From Bacteroidota bacterium (GTDB lineage Bacteria > Bacteroidota > Bacteroidia > 2-12-FULL-35-15), in the NCBI GenBank assembly GCA_947469885.1, contig CANIQT010000004.1, positions 111,794 to 175,793 of the forward strand: a DNA stretch of 64,000 nucleotides. Reading direction: 5' to 3'. The position numbers and the translations under genes are program-made. Of this stretch, positions 21,105 through 31,373 are shown one piece after another. How positions within the stretch are numbered: position 1 is the stretch's first letter; each line of letters starts with the position of its first letter. Under the pieces are notes generated by a model, which was not told the DNA's origin, searched no databases, and saw only the letters and a program-made list of their open reading frames with translations.

Positions 21105-22757
21105 ATGACTCTATTAATAATAGTAATAGCATTAGCACTGATATTCGATTTCATAAATGGATTTCATGATGCTGCAAACTCAATCGCTACAATTGTTTCA
21201 ACCAAAGTGTTAACTCCTTTTCAGGCGGTGCTGTGGGCGGCATTTTTTAATTGTGTTGCGTTTTTAATTTTCAAAGACCATGCAGTTGCCAACACCATCG
21301 GCAAAACAGTTTATTCCGATTTTATTTCTTTACCCGTAATTTGTAGTGGTTTAATTGCTGCTATCTGCTGGAACCTCCTCACCTGGTGGTACGGTATTCC
21401 TTCTTCCTCTTCGCATACGCTTATTGGAGGATTCGCTGGTTCTGCTATTGCCTATGCATTTCTGAGCAAAGGAATGATGCCTATCAGCGAAATTATTGAT
21501 AGTAGTAAAATTGGAAAAACAATATTATTTATTTTTTGTGCTCCGCTTATTGGTATGATGATTTCTATATTTTTTACTCTTATTTTTATTCAGAACAGAA
21601 CATGGATAAAGGTAGGAATACTGGGAGGTTCGGCTTGTCTCATTTATTTTTTGTTTATCGGTTTTCAAGAAGATAAGTTGGCTGAAAACGTTAATAAATT
21701 TTTTAAAGTAGATAAATACACCTACGAAATAAATATAAAACACGATTCCACAAAAGCACATAAGCTAGAAAAAGCAATGCTGAGTGCCGCTACCTGTCAG
21801 CCTTTTCTTTCCAAATACGAATACCACGGTTCGGAGTATGTGGCAAACGAAATTGTGAACAATGTGGATATGAAAGAAATTACCATCAGCCGATTGGGCG
21901 ACAAACTAAATACTTATTTTAAAATAGACCAGCTGAAAAACAAAGCCAAAGTGGACCCGGCATTTAAAGAAGAATATGAGGAAACAAAAAAAATAGTTGA
22001 CAGTTTGAAACCCATCACCAAAAAGTATTTTGATTTAGGACATGACGGAATGGTGGCTACCATGACTACCTTGTATCCTATTAGCCCTGATAAATTGAAA
22101 GACTTCAGCAAAGCAATGGACATTAATATAAAAGCTGACCTTACCAAAGAATTGAGCAAGGCTGATAATAAAATAGTACGCTGGGGCTTAGTAGCCATGT
22201 TGTTTGTTTTTGCATTCATGTTTATTTACAACGAAAAAATAAAAACCCCGAGTGCCAAACGAACTTCCAACTCTTTCAAACGCGCACAATTACTGTCTTC
22301 TGCCGCTTTCAGTATTGGGCATGGAGGCAACGATGCACAAAAAGTAATGGGAATTATTGCAGCAGCATTGGTTGCCAACGGAAGTATTGTTGATATTAAA
22401 TCAATGCCCGACTGGATTCCATTGTCCTGTTATTTAGCCATCGGATTAGGCACCTTAAGCGGTGGGTGGAAAATTGTAAAAACCATGGGAACCAAGATTA
22501 CAAAGGTAACTCCGCTCGAAGGTGTATGTGCCGAAACAGCAGGTGCCACCACCTTGTTTTTAACAGAGCAAATGGGAATTCCTGTTTCCACTACTCATAC
22601 CATTACCGGAGCCATTATTGGAGTGGGTGCCACCAAAGGACTTAGCGCAGTTCGTTGGGGAGTAACCGTTAGTTTATTATGGGCATGGATACTTACCATT
22701 CCTATCAGTGCTATACTAGGTGGATTATTTTATTGGATATTTAGCTTGTTTTTGTAA
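21105..22757 (+). CDS. Inorganic phosphate transporter (PiT family) with large central insertion
   Basis: GFHDAANSIAT, PSSSSH, HGGNDAQK, PVSTTH; 550 aa. Confidence 0.93.
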   Translation: MTLLIIVIALALIFDFINGFHDAANSIATIVSTKVLTPFQAVLWAAFFNCVAFLIFKDHAVANTIGKTVYSDFISLPVICSGLIAAICWNLLTWWYGIPSSSSHTLIGGFAGSAIAYAFLSKGMMPISEIIDSSKIGKTILFIFCAPLIGMMISIFFTLIFIQNRTWIKVGILGGSACLIYFLFIGFQEDKLAENVNKFFKVDKYTYEINIKHDSTKAHKLEKAMLSAATCQPFLSKYEYHGSEYVANEIVNNVDMKEITISRLGDKLNTYFKIDQLKNKAKVDPAFKEEYEETKKIVDSLKPITKKYFDLGHDGMVATMTTLYPISPDKLKDFSKAMDINIKADLTKELSKADNKIVRWGLVAMLFVFAFMFIYNEKIKTPSAKRTSNSFKRAQLLSSAAFSIGHGGNDAQKVMGIIAAALVANGSIVDIKSMPDWIPLSCYLAIGLGTLSGGWKIVKTMGTKITKVTPLEGVCAETAGATTLFLTEQMGIPVSTTHTITGAIIGVGATKGLSAVRWGVTVSLLWAWILTIPISAILGGLFYWIFSLFL

Positions 22758-22792
22758 CTCGCAGCTTGCTCTAAATAGTTCAAATTTTATTT

Positions 22793-23410
22793 TTATTGAA
22801 CATACATGGAGATAGTATGGCTCCAAACAAGATTATTACTTGCGCCCACTCCAGCACCTCTAACAAACACTTTCTTTCCACTTTCTAAACCCTCAATTAA
22901 TACTTTGGGATTAGTGGAAACTATTGTTTTCCATGTTTCAGGGTCGCTGTTTTCGTCCTGAGTATATCTGTAAACATATGTTCCTGCTTTGTATCCATAC
23001 GATTTCATACTTGCAAAAATTTCGTGCGAATTCAAACCTGGCTCAATGGTAAATTTTTCAGGTTTTGGTAAATCGCCCACCGGCTCTGCTTTTTTACGAA
23101 TGTCGTAACCACTTCTTAATGCTTTTGCTTCATCGTTACCGCAATTAATCTGAACGTATATCCCTAATTTGTTAAGTACATCTTCCAGTGCTTTGCGAGC
23201 CGATTTTTTAGCAGCCGTTTTTACTTTGCTACCTCTGTCTTTCAACGTATCTCTATAAGCATTGGTTTTGGTTGAAACCGCACTAAGAGGAGGCGTTGGA
23301 GAAGGATATTCTATTGAATCATCATTCATACACTTCCTTATTTTTCGGGCTTTCACCAGCAGTTCGTTATCCTTGTATCGTGTAAATCCCGTTTTTATTC
23401 TCACTTTCAT
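22793..23410 (-). CDS. Hypothetical protein: helical N-domain plus fibronectin type III-like C-domain, no signal peptide
   Basis: C-terminal half P..F.IEPG...YVYRY...W...IEGLESGKKVFVRGAGVG...WS resembles FN3; paralog at 1..386. Confidence 0.8.
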   Translation of the reverse strand: MKVRIKTGFTRYKDNELLVKARKIRKCMNDDSIEYPSPTPPLSAVSTKTNAYRDTLKDRGSKVKTAAKKSARKALEDVLNKLGIYVQINCGNDEAKALRSGYDIRKKAEPVGDLPKPEKFTIEPGLNSHEIFASMKSYGYKAGTYVYRYTQDENSDPETWKTIVSTNPKVLIEGLESGKKVFVRGAGVGASNNLVWSHTISMYVQ

Positions 23411-23594
23411 GTCTCATCGTTTTTGTGGTTTAGCTGTATTACTTTCATTTTATCTTTTGTTCACGAGCTTTTCGGGAGTGAATCAACTTAACTCACCTCT
23501 TGCATCGCTTAATTTGTTTGTCATTAATCTATCTTTCATTTTAATTATTAATTATGCATGTGTTTCCAATTATTATACCTCTTTTTCCACTCTA

Positions 23595-23825
23595 TCTTCA
23601 ATTAGAAATGCTCCATCTGCAATTGATTATGCTTTGTCTGCAATAGGTTATACATTATCTGCAATAGAAAATGCTTCATCTGCAATAGCAAAAATGTTAT
23701 CTGCAATTGCGGTTACTCCATCTGCAATAAGAAAAACTCCATCTGCAATAGCAAAAATATCATAGGTAATTGCCGATGCCACATATTCAATTGCCGAAAT
23801 TTCATTTGCAAAGCAAATAAAATGA
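23595..23825. repeat. 21-bp-period array, about 11 units, core TCTGCAAT (array B)
   Basis: TCTGCAAT occurs exactly every 21 bp from 23616 to 23742, with degenerate units on both sides. Confidence 0.9.
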
Positions 23826-24170
23826 ACTACAAATAACTTTATTGCTCCTTCAAATGCTATGGAATCAATAGGTTGCTATAAGTAAAGAACGTAAGTGGTA
23901 ATAGTTAAAAGGTTAATAAATAGAAAACTAATTAATTTGTAGAGGTTTTATCAAGATAGTCCGGTATTTGAGGTTTAAATGGTTTTATAGTTGTTTTGTT
24001 AATTTATACGTAAATAAAATGATTGGGTTTCGTTTTTTGAGTAATTTTTTTGATTTCTTGAAAACATTGGGGATGTTCTTGAAATTGCGATTTAAAAAAA
24101 TCTCTATTAATCTTTGAATTCAATTTAGGTTGTAAATAATGCTGTAAGTTTTACTTACAATATTTAAAAC

Positions 24171-26015
24171 CTACACAAACGCTTGCAAATCGTACAACTT
24201 CTTATAGGTACCATTACTTGCCAGTAAAACACTGTGAGTCCCTCGTTCAATAATTTCGCCTTGTTGCATCACAATAATTTCATCCGCATGTTGAATGGTA
24301 GAAAGCCTATGAGCAATAACCAACGAAGTACGGTTTTTCATTAATTTAAAAAGAGCATCTTGCACCAAACGTTCGCTTTCGGTATCTAAAGCAGAAGTGG
24401 CTTCATCTAAAATTAAAATGGGAGGATTTTTTAAAACCGCACGGGCAATAGAAATTCGCTGACGTTGCCCCCCACTCATTTTGCTTCCCCTATCGCCAAT
24501 GTTGGTTTGATAACCATTTTGCATTTCCGAAATAAACTGATGGGCATTGGCTATTTTAGCAGCTTCTATCACTTGTTGCTCCGTTACGTTTTCAATTCCG
24601 AATGCTATATTATTATATACAGTATCGTTAAACAAAATAGATTCTTGAGTAACAATACCCATTATGGAGCGTACATCTTTTATCCTTGCCTGTTTTATTT
24701 CTACTCCGTCAATCAATATTTCACCTTCGGTAGTATCATAAAAGCGCGGAAGCATATCAGCCAGTGTAGTTTTGCCAGAGCCCGATTGTCCCACCAGAGC
24801 AATAGTTTTACCTTTTTCTATTTTCAGATTTATTTTATTCAACACCCATCCAACTTCGCCTTCGCGATAAGCAAACGAAACATTACGGTATTCAATTTCT
24901 TTTTCAAACCCTTTAATTGATTTTGGATTAGCAACATCTTTAATCGTTACTTCGGCATTCAATATTTTATCAATTCGTTCGGCAGAAGCTAATCCCTTTT
25001 GAACACTGTAATAAGCCGCAGTAAATGATTTGGCAGGAGGAAGCAATTGAGAAAACAACGCAAGATAAGTAATGAAGATAGCTCCTTCCATAGTTTTTTC
25101 GGATAAAACCATTGCACCGCCAACATAAAGAATGACCACAAAAACTGCCACACCCAAAAACTCACTTAATGGAGATGCTAAGTCCACCTTACGCATTACT
25201 CTTACAGAAATAGAATTGTATTTATTGTTTTCATTTCTGAACCGCTCGCTTATTTTTTTCTCAGCATTAAACCCCTTGATGATGCGCAATCCGCCAAGGG
25301 TTTCTTCCATTATGGAAAGCAGGAGTCCCATTTTTTCTTTTCCAGTTGTGGAATTACGTTTCAAACTTTTTCCTATTCTTCCAATCAGTATTCCCACCAA
25401 AGGCAATAAAATAAATGAAATAATTGTGAGCTTGATACTCAATGCAACCATTAATACTAAAAAGACAATGATTGTAACAGGTTCACGAAATATCATTTCC
25501 AACGAAGACATTACACTCCATTCTATTTCGTTTACATCTGTTGTCATCAACGACATTATTTCACCTTTGCGTTGTTCGGAATAATAAGATAACGACAGGT
25601 CCATTGTTTTATTAAATATTTTATTTCTCATATCGCGCACCACACCATTTCGGATAGGTGAAAGAAAATACATGGCTAAGTATCGGAAAAGGTTTTTCAG
25701 AAAAAAGGTAATGATGATAAAGAGACAAATCCAGACAAGTACAGGCATTTTACCTTCCTCTATAGTTTCTTTTGCCAACATATAATTAATAGCATCCAGT
25801 ATTTCGGTGGTAGAAAACCCAAAATGACTTTTGCCTCCTCTTATAATGTATTCCATTTTCGAATTGTCTTCCGAAAAAAGAATTTGAAGAAAAGGAAACA
25901 CCATTGCAATGGAAAACAAGGAAAAAATAACAGAAAGTAAATTGAAGATAATATTTAATATACCATATCGCCAATAGCCTTTTACATAACGAAGAACTCC
26001 AAAGAATTTTTTCAT
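24171..26015 (-). CDS. ABC transporter, fused permease/ATPase (MsbA-like)
   Basis: TM domain, GQSGSGKTT, MSGGQRQR, LILDEATSALD, AHRLST. Confidence 0.93.
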   Translation of the reverse strand: MKKFFGVLRYVKGYWRYGILNIIFNLLSVIFSLFSIAMVFPFLQILFSEDNSKMEYIIRGGKSHFGFSTTEILDAINYMLAKETIEEGKMPVLVWICLFIIITFFLKNLFRYLAMYFLSPIRNGVVRDMRNKIFNKTMDLSLSYYSEQRKGEIMSLMTTDVNEIEWSVMSSLEMIFREPVTIIVFLVLMVALSIKLTIISFILLPLVGILIGRIGKSLKRNSTTGKEKMGLLLSIMEETLGGLRIIKGFNAEKKISERFRNENNKYNSISVRVMRKVDLASPLSEFLGVAVFVVILYVGGAMVLSEKTMEGAIFITYLALFSQLLPPAKSFTAAYYSVQKGLASAERIDKILNAEVTIKDVANPKSIKGFEKEIEYRNVSFAYREGEVGWVLNKINLKIEKGKTIALVGQSGSGKTTLADMLPRFYDTTEGEILIDGVEIKQARIKDVRSIMGIVTQESILFNDTVYNNIAFGIENVTEQQVIEAAKIANAHQFISEMQNGYQTNIGDRGSKMSGGQRQRISIARAVLKNPPILILDEATSALDTESERLVQDALFKLMKNRTSLVIAHRLSTIQHADEIIVMQQGEIIERGTHSVLLASNGTYKKLYDLQAFV

Positions 26016-26075
26016 TCGGCAAATATACGCTTTGCTTTATTTAATTAGTAATTTTGAATTCTTAAATAAACAAAA

Positions 26076-26414
26076 ATGGACAGTACACGACAATTAAAAG
26101 TATCGCGATTGATACAAAAAGAATTAGGAGATATATTTCAGAGAGAAACAAAAATTCTTTTTGGAAAAGCATTAATAACGGTAACCCAGGTTCGCGTTAG
26201 TCCCGACCTAAGTGTGGCTAAAGTATATGTAAGCCTTTTTAATGTGCCCGATACCAAAGTGCTTTTAAAATTAATTCAGGAACATACCAAAGAAATTAGA
26301 ATGAAACTTTCGGACCGGATAAAAAAACAAGTTCGCATTATCCCCAATCTTGTTTTCTTTCTGGATGATTCGCTTGATTATGCCATGAGAATAGATGAAC
26401 TTTTGAAGAAATAG
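26076..26414 (+). CDS. rbfA: Ribosome-binding factor A
   Basis: ITVTQVRVSPDLSVAKVY and IPNLVFFLDDS. Confidence 0.96.
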   Translation: MDSTRQLKVSRLIQKELGDIFQRETKILFGKALITVTQVRVSPDLSVAKVYVSLFNVPDTKVLLKLIQEHTKEIRMKLSDRIKKQVRIIPNLVFFLDDSLDYAMRIDELLKK

Positions 26415-26416
26415 AG

Positions 26417-26542
26417 GGTTACTAATAAACCAATCAAAACTAATTTACTAAATGTTGCTAATAGACGAATCAAAACTAATCTACTAAATCATTTGTATTG
26501 GACTTGTTTCGTAAATTCGTTTTGATTCGTTTATTGGTAACC
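26417..26542. mobile_element. 126-bp MITE/REP-like element built from 36-bp units (family X)
   Basis: Two forward units GGTTRCYAATAAACGAATCAAAACKAATTTACKAAA plus one inverted unit; approximate reverse complement of 63112..63237. Confidence 0.7.
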
Positions 26543-26553
26543 AAACCCACCCC

Positions 26554-27765
26554 ATGAATTTACCCTTCTTCATAGCCAAACGTTATCTGATTTCCAAAAA
26601 ATCGCACAACGCTATTAATATTATTTCGGGTGTTTCAGTTGTTGGAGTTTGTGTAGGAACTATGGCACTGGTCATTGTTCTTTCTGCTTTCAACGGACTC
26701 ACTGATTTAGTGCAATCGCTCTATGGTCGTTTCGACCCTGATATTTCCATCACCATAAAACAAGGAAAAACATTTGACCCCAATGCAAATGAAATTCAAT
26801 TTCTGAAAAGAGCAGAAGGTGTTGCTTACTTTACCGAGGTGATGGAAGGTAATGCACTATTAAAGTTTAACGACAAACAATGTGTTGCTACTGTTAAAGG
26901 AGTAAGTAGCATGTTTCAGAAAATGAGTGGATTTGATACTTTAATTACAGATGGCGTTTTCAGTTTAGAAAAAAACAATATAATTATGGGCAAAGGAATA
27001 GGGAATATACTGGAAGCGAGTCCCAAAGATTTGTTCCGACCTATTTCCATCTATGCTCCAAAAAGAGGAAACACCAGTTCGTTAAATCCTGAAGATGCGA
27101 TGAACGAAATGAAGGTGTATCCGGCAGGAACATTTACCATAAACGATGAGTTTGATTATAAATACATCATCATGAATATTGATAAAGCTCGGCAGTTGCT
27201 GGATTATACAAATGAAGTTACTTCCGTTGAATTAAAACTGCTGCCTACAGCAAACAAAGAGGAAGTGCAACAGCAAATAGTTGCTATGCTTGGCAATAGG
27301 TATGTGGTAAAAAACAGAGAACAGCAAAACGAAATGCTTTATAAAACCATGAAATCGGAAAAGCTGTGGGTGTTTATTATTCTTATTTTTATTTTAATCA
27401 TCGCCACTTTCAATGTCATTGGCTCGTTAACCATGCTTATTATTGAAAAGAAAAAAGACATTATCATATTAAATAATATAGGCGCAGATGTAACATTAAT
27501 AAGAAGAATATTTTTATTTGAAGGATTGATGATTACTGTAATTGGGGCAATAGCCGGGTTAGCGCTTGGTTTGTTGGTTTGCTGGTTGCAAATGCAATTT
27601 TCTTTGGTAAAATATTCTGAAGGTTTTGTGGTGGATGCCTACCCTATAAAAATTAATGCGTTAGATATGTTACTTATAATAAGTGTAGTATTGCTAATCG
27701 GCTTTTTTGCTGCCTGGTATCCTGTCAGATTATTTACAAAGAGAAATGTAGTTTCATTAGTTTAA
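26554..27765 (+). CDS. LolC/E-like (FtsX/MacB) ABC permease
   Basis: FFIAKRYL, VLSAFNG, IATFNVIGSLTMLIIEKKKDI, IFLFEG. Confidence 0.88.
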   Translation: MNLPFFIAKRYLISKKSHNAINIISGVSVVGVCVGTMALVIVLSAFNGLTDLVQSLYGRFDPDISITIKQGKTFDPNANEIQFLKRAEGVAYFTEVMEGNALLKFNDKQCVATVKGVSSMFQKMSGFDTLITDGVFSLEKNNIIMGKGIGNILEASPKDLFRPISIYAPKRGNTSSLNPEDAMNEMKVYPAGTFTINDEFDYKYIIMNIDKARQLLDYTNEVTSVELKLLPTANKEEVQQQIVAMLGNRYVVKNREQQNEMLYKTMKSEKLWVFIILIFILIIATFNVIGSLTMLIIEKKKDIIILNNIGADVTLIRRIFLFEGLMITVIGAIAGLALGLLVCWLQMQFSLVKYSEGFVVDAYPIKINALDMLLIISVVLLIGFFAAWYPVRLFTKRNVVSLV

Positions 27766-27788
27766 GTTATATTTGTTTGCTATAAAAT

Positions 27789-28796
27789 ATGAGTACATCA
27801 ACAAGTTTTACTTCCAAACTTACCTCCAGCGATGGAATAAATTATATCAATATAGGATTAATGCTAATAAGCGTGGTTGCAGCCTATATATTACCTTTCG
27901 AAGTTTTTTTGTTTTCGTATGCCGTGTTTGGACCATTGCATTATCTCACTGAAATATCGTGGCTGGACAAAAAGAACTATTTTGTCAAATCAAAAAAAGA
28001 CATCTGGATTTTTGTGGTGTTAGTTTGTATCATCACCATCGGAATGTTTGATAATAAATCTAGAGTAAACGGATTTGTTGGTAGCATTATGTTTTCAGGA
28101 TTTGTATATGCACTCATCATTTTGTTTGTAGAAAAACTAAGCATAAAATTAGGATTAGTTTTTCTGACGTTTTTGGTTTCTGCCATATTTCATTTCAATA
28201 AATATCCTGATTTACCATTTATGATTTTTGCTGTTTGGCTCCCTACAATAGTTCATGTATTTATTTTTACAGGAGCGTTTATTTTGTTTGGAGCTTTAAA
28301 GTCGAGGAGTAAATCAGGAATTATTTCGTTAATCATTTTTATTGCTTGTGCGGCAATCTTCTTTATTTATGTGCCCGAAAATTTCGGGATTGCTGTAAGT
28401 GAATATGGTAAAAAGGCATATTCTTTTTTCAGGATTGTAAACACATCGTTATACGAATTATTTGGTTTTGGAACATTAAGCAGAGATGATGTGGCTTTAT
28501 ATATGAATCCAAAAGCAGTTGCAGTAATGAGGTTTATAGCATTTGCCTACACCTATCATTACCTGAACTGGTTTTCAAAAACAACAGTAATAAAATGGAA
28601 CCAGGTTTCGAAGAGAAGAATGTCAGTAATTATTTTTTTGTGGGTAGCTTCAGTGGTATTGTATGCAATCAGTTATAAAGTTGGTTTTTATGCTTTATTC
28701 TTATTAAGTATGTTGCATGTGTTTTTTGAATTCCCCCTTAATCATTTTACATTTATAGGAATTGGAAAGGAATTAAAAGCAATATTCAGGAAATAG
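27789..28796 (+). CDS. Hypothetical polytopic membrane protein with several His motifs
   Basis: About 9 TM helices; GPLHYLTE, HVFIFTG, YHYLNWF, LHVFFEFPLNH. Confidence 0.7.
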   Translation: MSTSTSFTSKLTSSDGINYINIGLMLISVVAAYILPFEVFLFSYAVFGPLHYLTEISWLDKKNYFVKSKKDIWIFVVLVCIITIGMFDNKSRVNGFVGSIMFSGFVYALIILFVEKLSIKLGLVFLTFLVSAIFHFNKYPDLPFMIFAVWLPTIVHVFIFTGAFILFGALKSRSKSGIISLIIFIACAAIFFIYVPENFGIAVSEYGKKAYSFFRIVNTSLYELFGFGTLSRDDVALYMNPKAVAVMRFIAFAYTYHYLNWFSKTTVIKWNQVSKRRMSVIIFLWVASVVLYAISYKVGFYALFLLSMLHVFFEFPLNHFTFIGIGKELKAIFRK

Positions 28797-29454
28797 CTTT
28801 TTGTTTTATTCCAATGTAAAATACAGAGAAACTCGCAACAAGAAAAACATGTGCAATGTCTAAATAAGTGAAATATTCATTAATTGAAACTTTTGTTCCG
28901 TTAACTATGCCGGTAAAAAACAAAATCACAATTCCCCAACCAATCCATTCACTTCCCTTTTCTTTATCCTTTTTCTTAAAATGAATAACCATAACAGGGA
29001 TTAAAGCAATTGCACTGTAAATAATAACAACTAAGAAATTACTAAAAACCAAAACAGCTACAGAAAAAAAAATAACCTGAATGATATAACTCCATTTCCA
29101 GATTTGTTTTTTGGGAGAATTTTTTAAAACAGAATGAAGTGTTGCCAATTGAACACAAAAGGCCGAAAAGATATTAAACCATTGCATAGGAAACCAAAAT
29201 GATTTGTAACCAACCCCTTGATGAACTGCAAAAAATGCATGAGAGCAACCACCCACAAATGATGCACAAGTAAGAAAAACATAAAAAAGTTTCCAATAGG
29301 TACCACTTTTACTTACTGTTGGTATTTTAGTTAGTTGCCAATAAAAAAAGAAACATAAACCAGAAATAATAAAATCTGTAAAAGCCGTAACCGGTTGGTG
29401 AAAGGCAATCCCACCAATGTTTATAGTCGTATCAATCTTTGCATAATCAATCAT
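28786..29454 (-). CDS. Membrane protein, DUF6962-like
   Basis: About 7 TM helices; PVTAFTD, GGCSH, DIAHV. Confidence 0.6.
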   Translation of the reverse strand: MIDYAKIDTTINIGGIAFHQPVTAFTDFIISGLCFFFYWQLTKIPTVSKSGTYWKLFYVFLTCASFVGGCSHAFFAVHQGVGYKSFWFPMQWFNIFSAFCVQLATLHSVLKNSPKKQIWKWSYIIQVIFFSVAVLVFSNFLVVIIYSAIALIPVMVIHFKKKDKEKGSEWIGWGIVILFFTGIVNGTKVSINEYFTYLDIAHVFLVASFSVFYIGIKQKAIS

Positions 29455-29536
29455 TTCGCAAAAGTAATAAATAGTTTAAATCAGGGTTATATTATATATA
29501 AGTCATTCTTATACTATATAATATTACTTTTGCAGT

Positions 29537-30772
29537 ATGACGAAAGAATTTTATTTAAAACACCACACCTTTCATATCAAGGCAATTTTTGTTGCCCTCA
29601 AAGATATTTTTGAAAGAAATGAATATGCTGATAAAGCAATTGAAAAAGTAATGCGTGCCAATAAAAACTGGGATGTGCGCGAACGGGGGTTTGTTTCAGA
29701 TGTTACGTATGATATGGTACGCAACTGGCGATTGTTGTTTACATCATCTGGATTGGATCCAGATGCTAAACTTTCAGATAAAAACCTCTGGATGATTTTG
29801 GGAACCTATTTGGTTTTTGATGGTTATACGCTGCCCGAAAGCAATTACTTCAAGGGATTGAATGAAAAAAAGATTATTTCTCAATTAGAGAAATTTCATA
29901 AGATTAGAAAAATAAGAGAGTCTGTTCCTGATTGGTTGGACAAGTTGGGAGAAAAAGAATTAGGGAAAGATTGGGATAAAACTATAAGAGCATTGAACCA
30001 AAAGCCAACAACTGTTCTTCGTGCAAACTCTTTGAAAACAAATCCGAAGGATTTGCAAAAAACGTTGGAGGAGGAAAAAATAACAGATTCATCACTTATA
30101 ATATGGTCGCCCGATGCAGTTGAATTAAAATTTCCGAGAAATGTTTTCCGTACCGAATCATTTCATAAAGGATTATTTGAAGTTCAGGATGCTGCTTCTC
30201 AAATGGTTTCTGAATTCTTAAATGTACAGCCCGGAATGCGTGTGGTAGATGCCTGTGCAGGAGCAGGAGGAAAAACATTGCACCTTGCAGCATTGATGAA
30301 AAACAAAGGACGTATCATCGCTTTGGATGTAAAAGAAAAGAAATTGCTGGAATTAAAAAAACGTGCAGCAAGAGCAGATGTAAGAATAGTTGAAACCAGG
30401 GGAATTGATTCTTCAAAAGTTATTAAACGACTAAAAGATTCAGCAGATAGATTATTGCTAGATGTCCCATGCTCTGGTTTAGGCGTATTGCGTAGGAATC
30501 CTGATAGTAAATGGAAATTAAATCCTGAAGAGATTGATAGAGTAAAACTAATTCAAAGAGAAATCCTTTCTAATTTTTCAGACATAACAAAAGTTGGAGG
30601 AAAGATGGTGTATGCTACCTGTAGTATTTTACCAAGTGAAGGAGAAGAACAAGTGAAATGGTTTATAGAACAGACAGGTGATAAATGGAATCTTGCAGGA
30701 GAAAAAAGATATTCCCCCGAAACCCACCATGCAGATGGATTTTATATGGCACTTCTCGAAAGAATAAAATAA
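29537..30772 (+). CDS. RsmB/NOP family RNA m5C methyltransferase
   Basis: EVQDAASQ, DACAGAGGKT, DVPCSGLG, YATCS, DGFY. Confidence 0.93.
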   Translation: MTKEFYLKHHTFHIKAIFVALKDIFERNEYADKAIEKVMRANKNWDVRERGFVSDVTYDMVRNWRLLFTSSGLDPDAKLSDKNLWMILGTYLVFDGYTLPESNYFKGLNEKKIISQLEKFHKIRKIRESVPDWLDKLGEKELGKDWDKTIRALNQKPTTVLRANSLKTNPKDLQKTLEEEKITDSSLIIWSPDAVELKFPRNVFRTESFHKGLFEVQDAASQMVSEFLNVQPGMRVVDACAGAGGKTLHLAALMKNKGRIIALDVKEKKLLELKKRAARADVRIVETRGIDSSKVIKRLKDSADRLLLDVPCSGLGVLRRNPDSKWKLNPEEIDRVKLIQREILSNFSDITKVGGKMVYATCSILPSEGEEQVKWFIEQTGDKWNLAGEKRYSPETHHADGFYMALLERIK

Positions 30773-31199
30773 TTTATTTAGTAAAATATAGTTCTTTGTT
30801 TTACTGATTCCATTTTCATTTTTTGTAAATAATTCTCTTTTTTCAAAAGCAAAACAGAAAAAAATAAAAAATATTTTTTTTATTTTTTAAAAATCAGGAT
30901 AGAATAAAATAATTTATTTCTCAAATTTATTCAATTCACTTTGTATCAAAAAATGTTTTTATAAAAAACAACAGTCCTCTGTAATGTATCTGTAATCAAT
31001 ACTTACAGAAGTTCATTAAATAAAAAACATTTTTTTATAACAGCAAAAAATTAATAATATTAACCGAACAATTTTAAAATTAATAAACCATCACCACTGT
31101 TATCAACAAATTAGTGTTAATAAAATAAACTATATAAATAATTTTTGCATTAATATTTTAGCGTACTTCGTGGCATAATAATTAATAAACAAAAAAACC

Positions 31200-31307
31200 A
31201 TGGCAAAAAAAGCAGCAAAAAAAGCAGCTCCTAAAAAAGCAGCAAAGAAAGCAGCAAAAAAAGCAGCTCCTAAAAAAGCAGCTAAAAAAGCAGCTAAGAA
31301 AAAGTAA
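31200..31307 (+). CDS. 35-aa histone H1-like Lys/Ala/Pro-rich basic peptide
   Basis: MAKKAAKKAAPKKAAKKAAKKAAPKKAAKKAAKKK; A-rich leader and own terminator; below the ORF-track length cutoff. Confidence 0.85.
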   Translation: MAKKAAKKAAPKKAAKKAAKKAAPKKAAKKAAKKK

Positions 31308-31308
31308 G

Positions 31309-31338
31309 AAAAAGGGCTCGAAAGAGCCCTTTTTTTTT
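31309..31338 (+). terminator. Strong, probably bidirectional intrinsic terminator
   Basis: AAAAAGGGCTC-GAAA-GAGCCCTTTTTTTTT between convergent genes. Confidence 0.92.
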
Positions 31339-31373
31339 GTCCTTTATTTTCCCTCCCTCAATTCATCAAATTA

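Noticed and set aside
30773-31199. Replication origin
   Set aside because: AT-rich with only two or three DnaA-like boxes and no replication genes nearby; GC skew could not be computed.
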